Of a stretch of DNA of 64,000 nt, positions 26,938 through 38,800 are shown piece after piece. The position numbers were made by a program, and so were the translations under genes. How positions within the stretch are numbered: the stretch's first letter is position 1; each line of letters begins with the position of its first letter. This stretch comes from Camelus dromedarius (Eukaryota): NCBI RefSeq assembly GCF_036321535.1, contig NC_087436.1, positions 27,902,001 through 27,966,000 of the forward strand, written 5' to 3'. A model generated the notes under the pieces. The model had not been told where the DNA came from. It saw only the letters and a program-made list of their open reading frames with translations, and did not search any database.

Positions 26938-27498
26938 TGTGCAGTAAAAGATTAACTTTGAGCAAAGAAGGTTTGCCCCTTTGCCTCCAGTTCCTGGGAG
27001 GGAACCTCTTAGCCCATGGAAGGTCCTGCCCAATGGAATGTTTTTGCTTACCTGGAGATTTTGGACCATAACAGGTAATCTATGCTAGCAATGCGAATTA
27101 TGGAGGGAGCTTAGGACACATGATGTCAGCATGACCTCTGAGGGATTGGAGAGTAAGATCAGTCATGTGGACCGTTAATCATGTCTGTGTGATCAAATCC
27201 CAATAAAAACTATGAACACAAGACTCTGGGGAGATTCCCTGGTTGTCAGTACTTCTTGTAACATTGTTACACATCATTGATTAGAGAAATGAGCACCGGT
27301 CACACAAGTCCACTGGGACAAGACAAATGGAAGCTTTGCAACTGATCTTTTCTGTACCTGCTATATGTACCTCTTCCCTTTGCTGATTTTCATCTGTATT
27401 CCTTCACTGTGATAAACCATAAGCATGAGTATAACAACTTCTCTGAGTTCAACAGAAAATTATTGAGCCTGAGGGGAGCCTGGAGGATCTCCAGAATA
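26938..27498 (+). mobile_element. MER21C-like ERVL LTR
   Basis: cctgggagggaacctcttagcccatggaaggtcctgcc...cccaataaaaactatgaacac...gtgataaaccataagcatgagtataacaac matches the MER21C layout as I recall it. Confidence 0.8.
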
Positions 27499-27499
27499 A

Positions 27500-28240
27500 G
27501 TAGTCCAGCTCCTGGCAAGAAATCATTTTGTGATTTTTTCAGGCCCAATCATGGGCAAAGTCTTACCTGGCAGGCCTCAAGGGGAAAAACTGTTCTGTCG
27601 TCACCAGACTTGATGCACAGCCAATGCATTGTAGTCTCTGAAGAAAGTTATAGTCAGGGACTCAGGGCCCTCTGGCTGACATCCTCTTATGTATATATAT
27701 CTGCATTCCCAGCCCAGGCACCTCCATTTGGAAGTTTTCTTACAGGGAAATCTTGAAGACATCTCTCCCCACTCCGACTCAGTACCTAGTTCTTTTCTAC
27801 TCCTAGCCCTCCCCCTTTTGCCTTCTGCTAGCCCCCAGGTTATTAAAACTACAAGAGCCTTTTCTTCAGAGCTCCCTCAGCATCGATACAACCCCATACC
27901 TGTGCTGATCCAACCCTCCACTGGCACTTCATCCCATGGGTGGAATTGAAACAGGGGGGAATTGGTCCTGGCTCCTGGTTTAGCCTTAACTATCACAGTA
28001 AGTGATTAAAGTTTTGATGGTTACTTCCATTTTGGCTTGTTGCTTTAATTGGCTACTGTGACACTTGACAGCTCTCTTCAGCTCAGCTAAGCTCTTGACC
28101 CTAGTCAGTGACCAGAACTCTGGGGGCTATAGGCAGAGAACTGGGCTGGCTAAAATTAACCAAGTGGTTGGAGATTACGACATCTTGGAACTCACTGTGA
28201 GTGAACACTATGATGGCTGCTCTTTGAAGAACCTAGGGGT
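27500..28240 (+). mobile_element. Probable older LTR-like element (host of the MER21C; may extend to about 26530)
   Basis: GC-richer block with TATA-like gttattaaaac and gtaagtgattaaagttttg polyA-like region; family unresolved. Confidence 0.4.
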
Positions 28241-28299
28241 AATATTGCTAATTTTGACTGTGTTAATTCTTACTTTCTAAATGTTATCAGCCTTTTTCT

Positions 28300-28950
28300 T
28301 TTTCTTTTTTTCCTGTCATCTAAGTCTTCCAGTACTATGTTAAATAAAATATACCTTAGCAGAAGTTTTTTAATAAGATCACTTCTAAACTTTCACCATT
28401 AAATAGACCTATTGTCTGTTACAGGGTTTTGAGTCTTCACATTGGTCTAGGATGTTTCTTTTACTGCCAGCTTCATGAGGGATTTCTTTAGAGGGAAATT
28501 TTTGAATTTTATTTAATGCCTTTTTAGCCTTTATTAATAGATCACATAATTTATACTCTTTACTTATAAATATAAACGCATTTTCTAGTTTTGAACCCTG
28601 CTTTCATTCTGGAGTAATAATACATTTTCCTCTTACTGCTAGATTTTTCCTTGCTAATAATTCATTTAGGATTTTCTTTGTACATTCATATTTAGCTTTT
28701 CCTATAGTTTTATTTTTCTGTTGTCTTTGCCATGACTTTGTATCAAAATTAGACTAACCCCACAAAATTAACACGAAATCTTTCCTACTGTTCCCATTCT
28801 CCAGCATAATTTACATAACTTTGAAAGTATCTATTATTAATGCTTTGTTTTAAGTCAGCTGAAAATTCATCAAGACCTAGTGACTATTTTAGGAATGTAA
28901 GTTTAAATATATACTTTCCTTTGATATTGGCTTTGTATAGTGTCTTGACT
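28300..28950 (-). mobile_element. Old L1 ORF2 fragment
   Basis: ccagtactatgttaaataa...ctttcaccattaaata...aaaattcatcaagacctag antisense ORF2 pattern. Confidence 0.65.
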
Positions 28951-29874
28951 CAGCCTGTTGAGTTATTTTAGGACATAATCCTTCACCTCTACTTTTTCAA
29001 AATTGTAAAACTGAGCATAGTGGTACCATTATTATTTTCAAGCTAAAAAAACTGAATTATTTCACATTTATCCATTTTGATGAAAACAGATAAAATATTT
29101 AAGAAAAGAGAAACAGGAGAAATCTTTTAGCCTAACATTGCATCTCACCACTTTCATCTTTGTTAACTGTGAGGTTAGTACGATAATCAAACAAGCTATT
29201 TGTGGAAAATTTGGAAAAAATTCTTCTTTACATAATATGCATGTTAAGACTTATGTAATGGCTATTATTCCAGTGATACTCCAGGCTTTAAAAAAATTTA
29301 AATTACATAAAAGTTACAATCAAAGGAAATCATCAATGAATGTTAGATATAATACTCATGCTCAAAACATTTTAAACATGGTGACTTTGGAAAGCTTCTG
29401 CATTCTCCCTTATCCAGTATGTCACGAAGAACTACTGAATTGTATTTTGCTAAGTCTGCATTGCTTCTCTGTGGGTGGAGTAACTACAGTCCAACACTTT
29501 GTTATTCATTCTGTTTTTCTGGTAGTTAATACAGTTAACAGGTGGTGATAATTAAAATGCAGAAGTAAAGAGATGCGTATCTCTGCTGAGTCCAAGTCAA
29601 GAAGATAATAAAAGATTTAAAAAAAAATTCTTGTCACTACCTGAATTATCTCCACTTCAATTTAAGCTATTTTATTTTTTGTGTCTTCAGCTATACAGAT
29701 TCAAAACAACAACATTTTTAAAAAATTAAAATTATTTCTTCTTCTTAAATCTTCATATAAAATTTCCCTAAGCTAATCAATTCCAGTTTCTTTATTCCTC
29801 AAAGAAAAGTAAATTTTGTATAAGCAAAAAAGACACACTTGGGATGCAGAATGCATAGTTTGTTTTGTTTTGTT

Positions 29875-30150
29875 TTGATGCTGGCTCTCTATAAAAGCTG
29901 TGTGTCTTAGGGTAAGCCGAGTAATTTTTCTGAGTCTTGCTTACCACCTTTGAAAATTAAGACCATTAACACTTAACTCACAATGGTGTGCCTAACTCAC
30001 AGTGCTGTAGGAAGGATCTAGTTAGGTAACTTCAACCCATTCATTTAACAGATGCTTTTCTGAGTGCCTACTGTATGCTGCTTTAGCTTCTGGGTGAATA
30101 GGACACATTCCCTGCTATCATGGAACATACTTTCTATTGGTAAGACATAG
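29875..30150. mobile_element. MIR (+) followed by an L2 3' end (-)
   Basis: gctgtgtgtcttagggtaag...tctgagtctt (MIR); cattcatttaacagatgcttttctgagtgcctactgtatgc (L2 tail). Confidence 0.6.
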
Positions 30151-30261
30151 TAAATAAAACTAGCCCCTACAGTTAGAAGCTTTATAAAGCTGATTTATAC
30201 ACACACACACACACGTATATTTTTTAAATGCTCAATTAAAACTGAAACTGAAATTAACTGA

Positions 30262-30414
30262 TTTTCTTTTTGGCAGGGAGGGTAATTAGGTTTGTTTGTT
30301 TGCTCGCTTGTTTATTTAATTAATTTATTTATCTTAATGGAGATACTAGGGGTGAACCTAGGACATCGTGTATGCTAAACATGCATTCTACCTCTGAGCT
30401 ATACCTTCCTCACC
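30262..30414 (-). mobile_element. tRNA-Ala-derived SINE (Vic-1-type), more diverged copy
   Basis: reverse complement reads ggaaggtatagctcagaggtagaatgcatgtttagcat...ctaggttcacccctagtatctcc...cctaattaccc; imperfect TSD taactgattttctt / taactaatccttctt. Confidence 0.88.
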
Positions 30415-31035
30415 TAACTAATCCTTCTTATGTTGTAGATTTTATCTCTGGTTTTGTTTTTGTGACTAGTAGACTTTTTTCTTCTGTTATACATAAGATA
30501 GGATAAAAATTTAAAACAAACATATTTTGTCTCATAATATACTAAGCTTCACTAGTTAGTGTCAAATAAACTGGGCATGGCATGTAAAAATATTTTTAAT
30601 GTGTTATCTAACTCAGGAAAATTAATATAATTACCTTCCCAAAGTACTGAAAGTTTTTTTTTTAAATCAGATTAGAGGGTTAATTTAGATCCAGAAGCTA
30701 GAATGAGATATACTCTGATTGGTTTGGCAATGTGTAAATCTCACTTAAGTCTTAAATCAGTGAGTTGTCTGTCCTTCCAACCAATAATAACAAGCCTATT
30801 TTTTGTGTGGAATGTGTATGAATTATGGAACTAAAATAAAAACTAAAAATGAATAAAGAAAACCATTGAAGAAAGCCATTTCACTCCACTAAAAGCTCTA
30901 AACTGCTTATGTATCAATAAAGCAAACAGACAGAGAATAAAGACTATAGTAGAGTTACAGAGTATGAATAAGACACAATTCCCCAATATTCTTTTTAAAG
31001 TGGAGTCAGAATTGAACAAAATACATAAGCTAGGT

Positions 31036-31268
31036 CAGAGGTCAGTAGACAATTTTGTGAAGAAACAGATAGTGAATGCTTTTAGGCTCTGAGCATCATC
31101 TAAGCTCTGTTGCAACTACTCAACAGTACTAGCCCTTGTAGGAAGGAGTAGCCAAAGACAGTAAGTAAAAGAATGGGTGTGGTTGTGTTCCAGTGTAACT
31201 TCATTTACAAAAAAAAAAAAAAAAAAAAAAAAGCAACTGACCCTTGGTTTATAGTTTGGTGAACTCTG
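31036..31268 (+). mobile_element. MER58A hAT-Charlie DNA transposon, near full length
   Basis: terminal inverted repeats cagaggtcagtagac / gtttggtgaactctg; internal gcaactactcaac and gaatgggtgtggttgtgttcca; 8-bp TSD agctaggt / atttaggt. Confidence 0.9.
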
Positions 31269-31494
31269 ATTTAGGTGATATATAACATAAAATCCTGAAA
31301 ATAACTTTTTATTTTTGTAATGTTAGTTTTTATATTTTTCAATGTTAGTTTTAACTCTGTTTTAATTTAGGATCTACCAAATGTAAGTTTTTTGGCAATA
31401 ATAGATTCCAGAAGGTAGTAATATTCAACATATCTTTTTTAGCTTTAAATTATCAAAATTTGCATTTAGAGTTTTAAAATGCTAGGTAATACTG

Positions 31495-31635
31495 TTTTTT
31501 TCTTCTCCAGTTTCATTGAAATATAATTGCCATCTAACATTGTATTAGTTTAAGATGATAACATCATAATTTGATATATGTATATATGGTGAAATGACTG
31601 GAACTAAGGTTAGTTACATCTATCACCTGACACAG
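31495..31635 (-). mobile_element. L1MA9-like 3' terminus
   Basis: agtttcattgaaatataattg...gtgaaatgact...gttagttacatctatcacct. Confidence 0.7.
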
Positions 31636-32059
31636 ATTTTTATTTTGTCAAAAATTTAATGTATAAAACTTTTCTGCTCTTTTTCTTCAAAGAATTTAAA
31701 CTAAACTTAAGGCCTAAAACTTAAGGTCAGTTATTTAGAAAGTTATTTGTGGACCCCAATCACAGATTCAGACACATGACCCATGGCCATTAAACTTCAA
31801 ATCAGAGTATGTCGGTTGACAGAAGATTGACCACTCAAAAGGAGCAAGTGGCCTTTGGTTATTTGTTGAGTTTCCAAAAATATTATAGCAAAGAAGAATT
31901 CAGATGAGGTCAGGTTGACAGTTCTAAATATTCATTTGTAGGTTTAATTTAAAATTATAAAATTGAAAAAAGGAAGATGTTTTGAAATAAAATTGTTTTT
32001 AATAAGATACTTTATACTTATTACTATTATCCATTGTATTTAACTTCATATTTATGTCA

Positions 32060-32560
32060 TTATCAATAAACAGAAGGAACTGACAGGTAAAGAACTGGAA
32101 AGAATATTTTCAAGGCAGAAGGCAGAATAGGAACAAAGTTAACATATAGCACAGTATGGAGGGGGCTGAGGGCAGTGTTTGTTAATGAAGTTTCAATAGA
32201 GAGACATGAGGGGATGACAGATGAGACTTGCCATGGAAGGTCAAAAAACTTAGATTTTTGTCTTGAAGCCAAACTTTAAGGAAAGTGACACTATCTGATT
32301 TACATTATGCATGGATCCCCTAGGAAGGAAATGGAATGTGAATTTTAACTGAACAAATCTGGAGAAAGGCAGAAGAGGAAAGAAGTTTAAAAAGGGTTTT
32401 AGAAGAAAGATAATGCAGATCTGAGCTAGGATAATAGAGAAGGGAATGGCTAAGAGAATACGGAATCAATGAGTACTTAAAACACATAACACGCAAACCA
32501 TGCGTGGACAGTGGGAAGCTGGGATAAAGAAAGACATCCTGGATCCAAAATCTAGACCAA
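32060..32560 (-). mobile_element. L2 fragment
   Basis: purine-rich antisense L2 pattern (ggaaagaatattttcaaggcagaagg...cttagatttttgtcttgaag...tctgatttacatt). Confidence 0.6.
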
Positions 32561-32946
32561 AAAAACAAGAGCAAATCATTATCAGTGAATGTGTTATGAA
32601 TCCAATATTAGGGAATGCTATCTGAGTAATATGAGTGTAATTACATGGAATAACTGAAAAAAGTATTTGATACCAACCACATCAGTTAAGTCATATGGTT
32701 ACATTTATCACCATTTCAGGATGATTTTAATTACTACCCAATATCCCTTACAAGCTGACATTCCTGAATCATTTGAACTGTTTACCTATAACCTGTAGAC
32801 TGCTTTACATTTTAGTATCGTAAATAATGCTACAATAAATTTTCATATATGTAAGGCTTTTAAATTATTTTCATTATTTCTCTAGGAAAAGGCACACTTG
32901 TAGCATTGCCACAACAGAAGTATTAATGAGTTTAAAGCTATAACTT

Positions 32947-33084
32947 CATAATGGGAGATCACTTTCCAGTTTCTGTTGGTACCAGCAATATGTAACGTGT
33001 CCATTTCTTTTCACTCATAATGGGAGATTGCTTTCCAGTTTCTGTTGGTCCCAGCAATATATCACATGTCCATTTCTTTTCACT
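32947..33084. repeat. 69-bp tandem duplication (2 copies, 6 mismatches)
   Basis: cataatgggagat...ccatttcttttcact at 32947-33015 and 33016-33084. Confidence 0.95.
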
Positions 33085-33259
33085 AATTTTTACAACTGAA
33101 AAAAGACAAAAATTTCTTGTTGAAAAGCTAGCATGTCAATCAGTTTAAAGTATTATTTTGTATTTTATGATGAAAAAATTAAATACACTTATTTTTAAAT
33201 TCTGATTATGTGAATCATTAAAGGATATTCTCTTTTAGTTGTTAGGTATTATATTCTCA

Positions 33260-33793
33260 CTTGTAGGAGTTCTTTATTTTTTAGTTTAATTTTATTTTTT
33301 ACAACTTTTAAAGTTTATTTTAGAAAATATGAATAATGCAGAGAATTATTAGGTAAAAAAACTAAAAAATATCAGTATTTCCACTATCCAGAAATAATCA
33401 CTGTTACATTGTGGATGTGTATTATTTCTATGTCTATAATATGTTTGTATATACTACATGTAAAATAATTTTAATAGAATTATGTTATGTTATACATAAG
33501 TTTTGTAGCCTTATTTACTCATAAAACAATGTTACAGATTTCCTCATGTCACCAAATATTCTTTTTTTGGAGGGAACTTAAACTTATTTTTGGTTATTAC
33601 TGTAAATTTTCTGACAGTTGCTTTACATAATTTTTATTGTAGTATAGTTGATTTATAATGTTATATTAGTTTCAGGTGTACAACACAGTTATTCAGTATT
33701 TTTATAGATTATACTCCATTTAAAGTTATTACAAAATAATGGCTATATTTCCCGGTGCTGTACAATATACCTTTGTTGCTTGTAGGAGTTCTT
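33260..33793 (-). mobile_element. 5'-truncated L1 with about 330-bp 3' transduction, bounded by a perfect 15-bp TSD
   Basis: cttgtaggagttctt at 33260-33274 and 33779-33793; T-rich tail 33275-33300; L1 3'UTR only at about 33630-33778. Confidence 0.85.
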
Positions 33794-35314
33794 AAATTAA
33801 TAATATTTAACAGACTTGTCATATCTGTAATGTCTGCTGATTCTTAGAGTATCTTTTTAACATATTGTATTTTTAATAGTTGTAACTTGGATATAAATTC
33901 TTAGAAGGAAGCAGATAAAAGGTACAACTATTGGCATATTATTAATTTGCTGATAGAATCTAGCTATAGACTTTCTCAGCTTTCAGGGATGGAACGATCC
34001 TTGAATAAAGTGAGAAGAAAAAGCTAATAGACTATTGGGACTTTGCATTTAGAAATAAAAATATTATGAACAAATGGAAGAAATAAAGAAGCAAATTCCA
34101 GTCAGAAGGAAACTCATAAATTGTTGTATATGCATATGATATCTAAAGAGTGTCAAAGCATGAATACAGCCAACTCAGGGGAATACATTTAAATAGGAAA
34201 ACAGCCATGTTATAGAAGTCTTGTAAGTAAACTCAAAAGAGGTTATAATAATGAAATAAGACAATTTTTTACAGAGAAATTATTTGAAAAAGAGATGTTT
34301 TATATAAATTTAAGCCTTCAGAAACTAGAAGCAAGTAAACAAATCAAATGATCATGTGTATCTGATGTGTGGACAGTAATAATTTTCTATTATTTGCTCT
34401 AATACTGAATAATCCTGACAGTTGTATTTGTAGGCTCATCTAAGACTTTCAAATATGCCTTTAAAAGGAAACTAGTCTTTTGTGAAATGCTCTTTTCACA
34501 CATCTTTTTAATTCATATTTTTAAGACAAATGAAAAAGATATCTTAACAAATTAGTAATCCTACATCTTAGTTTTCACTCTTACAGACAGATGGATGGGT
34601 AGAAACACACCGTTGATCTGAAGTTGTTGGGTGAGTTAATCTAAATACATAATGCAGAAAGGATGACATTCTGCTAGGCACAACTAACAGATCATTTTAA
34701 TGTCAACCAAGAATGCACAGAATACAATTATGCTTTCACAATATGGTTAAAGAGCTAACAAGATGGAATGTCTACTTTTGGAAAAGTGCACAAATAATGC
34801 TTTGACATAATAGCATTCACAGAAAACTCACAGAATTTTGAAGTTAATGATATTTTTCAACTCATTATTAGTATCAAAGAAATATGGAAAATAATATGAT
34901 AATCTTTGACCTTTAGTATCAGAAATTGAAGGCATTTACTTTTACAGAAAATACTTATAGTTATTAGAAACATTCACCTGTTGAGAAAAACGAGGAAAAT
35001 ATTTCCTTTTTAATTATTCTGTAATCTATACCCAAAGCATATTTGATTAAATTTTCTCATTATTATATTAATATATTGTTGCACATATAGGTTCTACATG
35101 TGTATACAATTATAAAAATCTCTTAACTGATAACGTTTTGCTTGAAACTTTGAATGTGCATATATTACTTGAGTGAACAAATAGCATTTATTTACACGCA
35201 ATTGTAAAATCTGATGAATTAAGGACAATGTAATGAAAGTTCACAAAATCTAGTGAATTAGACAAAGGTATTTGATGAACACAAACACTAAATTTCCCTT
35301 GTAGCTTTTTAAAT

Positions 35315-35857
35315 TGATCAAGAGTGCATAAATGTTCCCTTTTCTTCAGGTTCTCACCAACATGTGTTATTTCTTGACTTTTTTATAATCATTCTAAATG
35401 GCTTGAGGTAATCTCATTGTGGTTTTGATTTGCATTTCCTTGATAATAAATGATGTTGAGCACTTTTTATATGTTTTCTTTTGAAAAATATCTATTCAGA
35501 TCCCCTGCCCATTTTCAATCAAATTGTTTGTTTGTTTACTTGTTTGTGTTTTTTTGCTGTTGAGGTGTATGAGTTCCTTATACATTTTTTTTTACTAACC
35601 CCTTATCAGATATATGATTTGCAAATATTTTCTCCCATTCCATAGGTTCCCTTTTCATTTTGTTAATGGTTTCCCTTGCTGTGTAGGAACTTTTCAGTTT
35701 AATATAGTCCCACTTGTTTATTTTTGCTTTTGTTGCTTTTGGTCTTGGTGTCAAATTAAAAAAGTTATTCCAAGACGTATGTCAAGAACTTGCCATCTAT
35801 ATTTTCTTCTAGGAGGTTTCAGGTCTGTATTCAAGTCTTTAATCCATTTTGAGTTAA
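35315..35857 (-). mobile_element. L1MA-type ORF2 3' fragment lacking a 3'UTR
   Basis: tctcattgtggttttgatttgcatttcc...tcagatatatgatttgcaaatattttctcccatt...tctttaatccattttgagtt. Confidence 0.9.
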
Positions 35858-38800
35858 GCATTTGTAGCTTTTGATGACTCATAAAATTTGCTATTCCAGC
35901 AGTAAGATGTTCGATCAGTTAAGCCACCAAACAAACCTGTAATTACTTTTCTTTTATCTACTAGAAAATTTCAGATAAATGTTTCATAATCTCTTGACTC
36001 AAGGGAAGTCTTCACTGAAAGTCCATATTACATAAAGTGGTTTCTCTCATTTCTAATCACTTCTTTCCTCTCCTCCACATTGCCATTTCATTTTATTCTA
36101 AATATATTTGCTGGCATTTTTTGCAGTATTTACTATAGATATATTTCCTATACAAATACCATTTGAGCTTTCTTAATGAACTGTGACTTTATCTTTTCTT
36201 GTTTATGTTAAATATTGTTTGAATATTCTATGCTTGGAATGATTAACACTCCTCAATATAAATCTGTAATTGTGAAAGTATAAAAATCTTGAAATAAACT
36301 TTTATGAGGTGATTTTCTGCTAAAATCAATAACCTGTTATTCTGAAGGAAAAAAAAAAAAAAACCCTTCCTTGCTGCAGATTTAAATTTGTTGCTCAAGG
36401 ACAGCACCAAGTACAACAGACATTTCATCCCAAACATATTATGGTTTATCTCCCTTTAAACTAGATGCCCAAATCAATAAGGCTCCTTCCTGGGTAGTGC
36501 TGCCATACTGTCAAATAGGTTCTGACTTGATGAAAAACTAAAGTGAAAAAAATTCTCCTTGACTCGTCGTGTAGATCAAGATCAGAAAATGTTGTAGTGC
36601 TGACATTAGAGCAAGCATTCCCTCGATTGCACAACACTTTCCAGAGACTATGCCCCTAGAAGACCTTTTGGCTTGAAGACAAATCTAAGTAATATATTTT
36701 TCACTTATTGCATAATATTTATTTCAACAGCACAAAGGAGTTTCCTTCAAACATTAGGAACAATCTGCATTTCATTTTGGTGCTTGTATCTTATCTTTAC
36801 ACTTCTTTTTGAGTTATTATTTGTGTGATTTTGCTTTCAAAGTGGTTGTTACTACTTTCTCATATGTCTCATATTAACTAGGCTGAAACTAGTTACTCTT
36901 AGTTATTTTCTGCTTTGCAGTACAGCAATTTGGATAATTAAATACTATAATCAAAGAGGTGACAGATCATTAGATATGTATCTATTACTGCATATGGTAT
37001 ACCTCTCTATATCTGTACCTGCATATAGATATCCATAAATGTCTGTATATGAGCTCTCTCTCTCTGTAAGTAACATATATATGATTTTACATACTTTGTT
37101 GACAAATTATTACTTTTATAGCATTCAAATCACAGTTGAGGCACTTCTTAAAAAATCGTTTGTTGACAGAAAGATTCAAGTAGAGGAAATAGAAATAACT
37201 GAACATAATATAATATGACTATATTGCCATTATGCAGATTGTTCCAGAGAACATAATAATGCTTTATTTGTATCATGCTGTAATTGGCACTTATGCATTC
37301 CTTTCTCAGAGAGCCCATTAGAAATGCAATTATGCCAAAACATGATGATGTATTTCAGTTCATGGAATTGAACCTCTGCCTTTGGCAGCAGTCCCATGAG
37401 GTAAACACAAGCTCTGTGAACAAAATATTTATCAAAGAAAAAAGAAAAAGTGAAAGCTCATTTTACTATTGTATAGTATTTGCTTCTCATCGTAAGCCCA
37501 CTTAAAAAAAAGGGCAGGGTGGGTACAGGCTGATACTTCTCCCTAGAAAGTGATCAGTCAGTGACTGATAAGATCATATTAGCAACAAGGGCAGGCTTGT
37601 GACATTAACCAGCTTGTGATCTTATCTGGTCCAGACAATTATTTTGCAATAGAAAGCAAGCAGCAAGCAATGCTATCAGCTGCTGCTCATGGTAAGAAGA
37701 GGTTGTGTATTCTGAACTCATTATGATAAGCTATTCTCCTTGTGTTGTTTTAGTGTCAAAGACAATTCCAATGCCACACATTTTGAAACTCTCCATAATT
37801 TTAGCTGATTCATTCATGTAAGCCACAACCATAATGATTACAGATGTTAAAGATGGGTATCAGAAAAAAGATTTAGTGACTTTAGTTTCTATAATTAGAT
37901 GTTGATGAAAGTCAGCCATGTGTTTGTGAGAATATTCCAGAATTCTTATGTCTACCGTACCATAAAGTTTTCTTAGACTTAAAATGTTAAGAAATCACAC
38001 GTTATTTTACACATTTTAAGGAAAATATAGAGGCTATTATCTTCTTTTAACATGAGGATACAGAGGACACATAGCTAAACTAGAACCCAGGCATATCACA
38101 GCACAGGAAGTATAGATTCTGCCTAACCAAACTGTATGTATAAACTGTTTACAATGGAAATACACAGTTTGGGTATTTTCATGTTATGTAGTGGTAAGTA
38201 CACAGGAAACTGGGGAACACAGCATTTGAGAAAAAAAAATCAAAGAGTCTTAGACTATGTGAAAACTCTACAAAAGATTGCTATGTTCTGTGAGAAGATA
38301 CTTAGCAGTATTACAAAAGATGATTTAATATATTTTATAAACAGAGAACTTTTTCCTTATTCCCAAGAACAAACCTGAAGTTTTAGCAGTAATAGTTTAA
38401 GAAAGATGTAGAGAAGCCCTTACTGACTATGGGTTAAATCTTCATGTAGCAGACACTCAAGAGGAGGTGAGTAATGCTCCAAGGAATCTTTAATTAATTT
38501 CTCTCTGGTTGGTGTGGGTTACATTATTTAAAGCACAGAATTATAAGTATAAAGAAATGGATTTCAAAAGTTCCTGTTGGCCTGCTGGAAAACAGGTTAA
38601 ATAAAACCATTGTATTGATAGGAAATGGAAATAAAAGTAAATTTAGATGTTTGGACTGGTCTTTTTATAGCTAATTTGTAATGAATTAATATACAAGAAA
38701 AGAAAGTTAATATCGCAAAAGAATTTAATTACTTTGGATTAAAACAATACATAATTTTAAGGGTAGTTTATAGACAATGTTGTTACACTACGTATAATTC

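Noticed and set aside
36388..36408. REST/RE1 site (ggacagcacc)
   Set aside because: Only the right half-site matches; the left half does not fit TTCAGCACC.
36322..36480. Two ONECUT/HNF6-like aaatcaataa sites
   Set aside because: AT-rich motif that also occurs at about 48602 and 54013; chance expectation is high.
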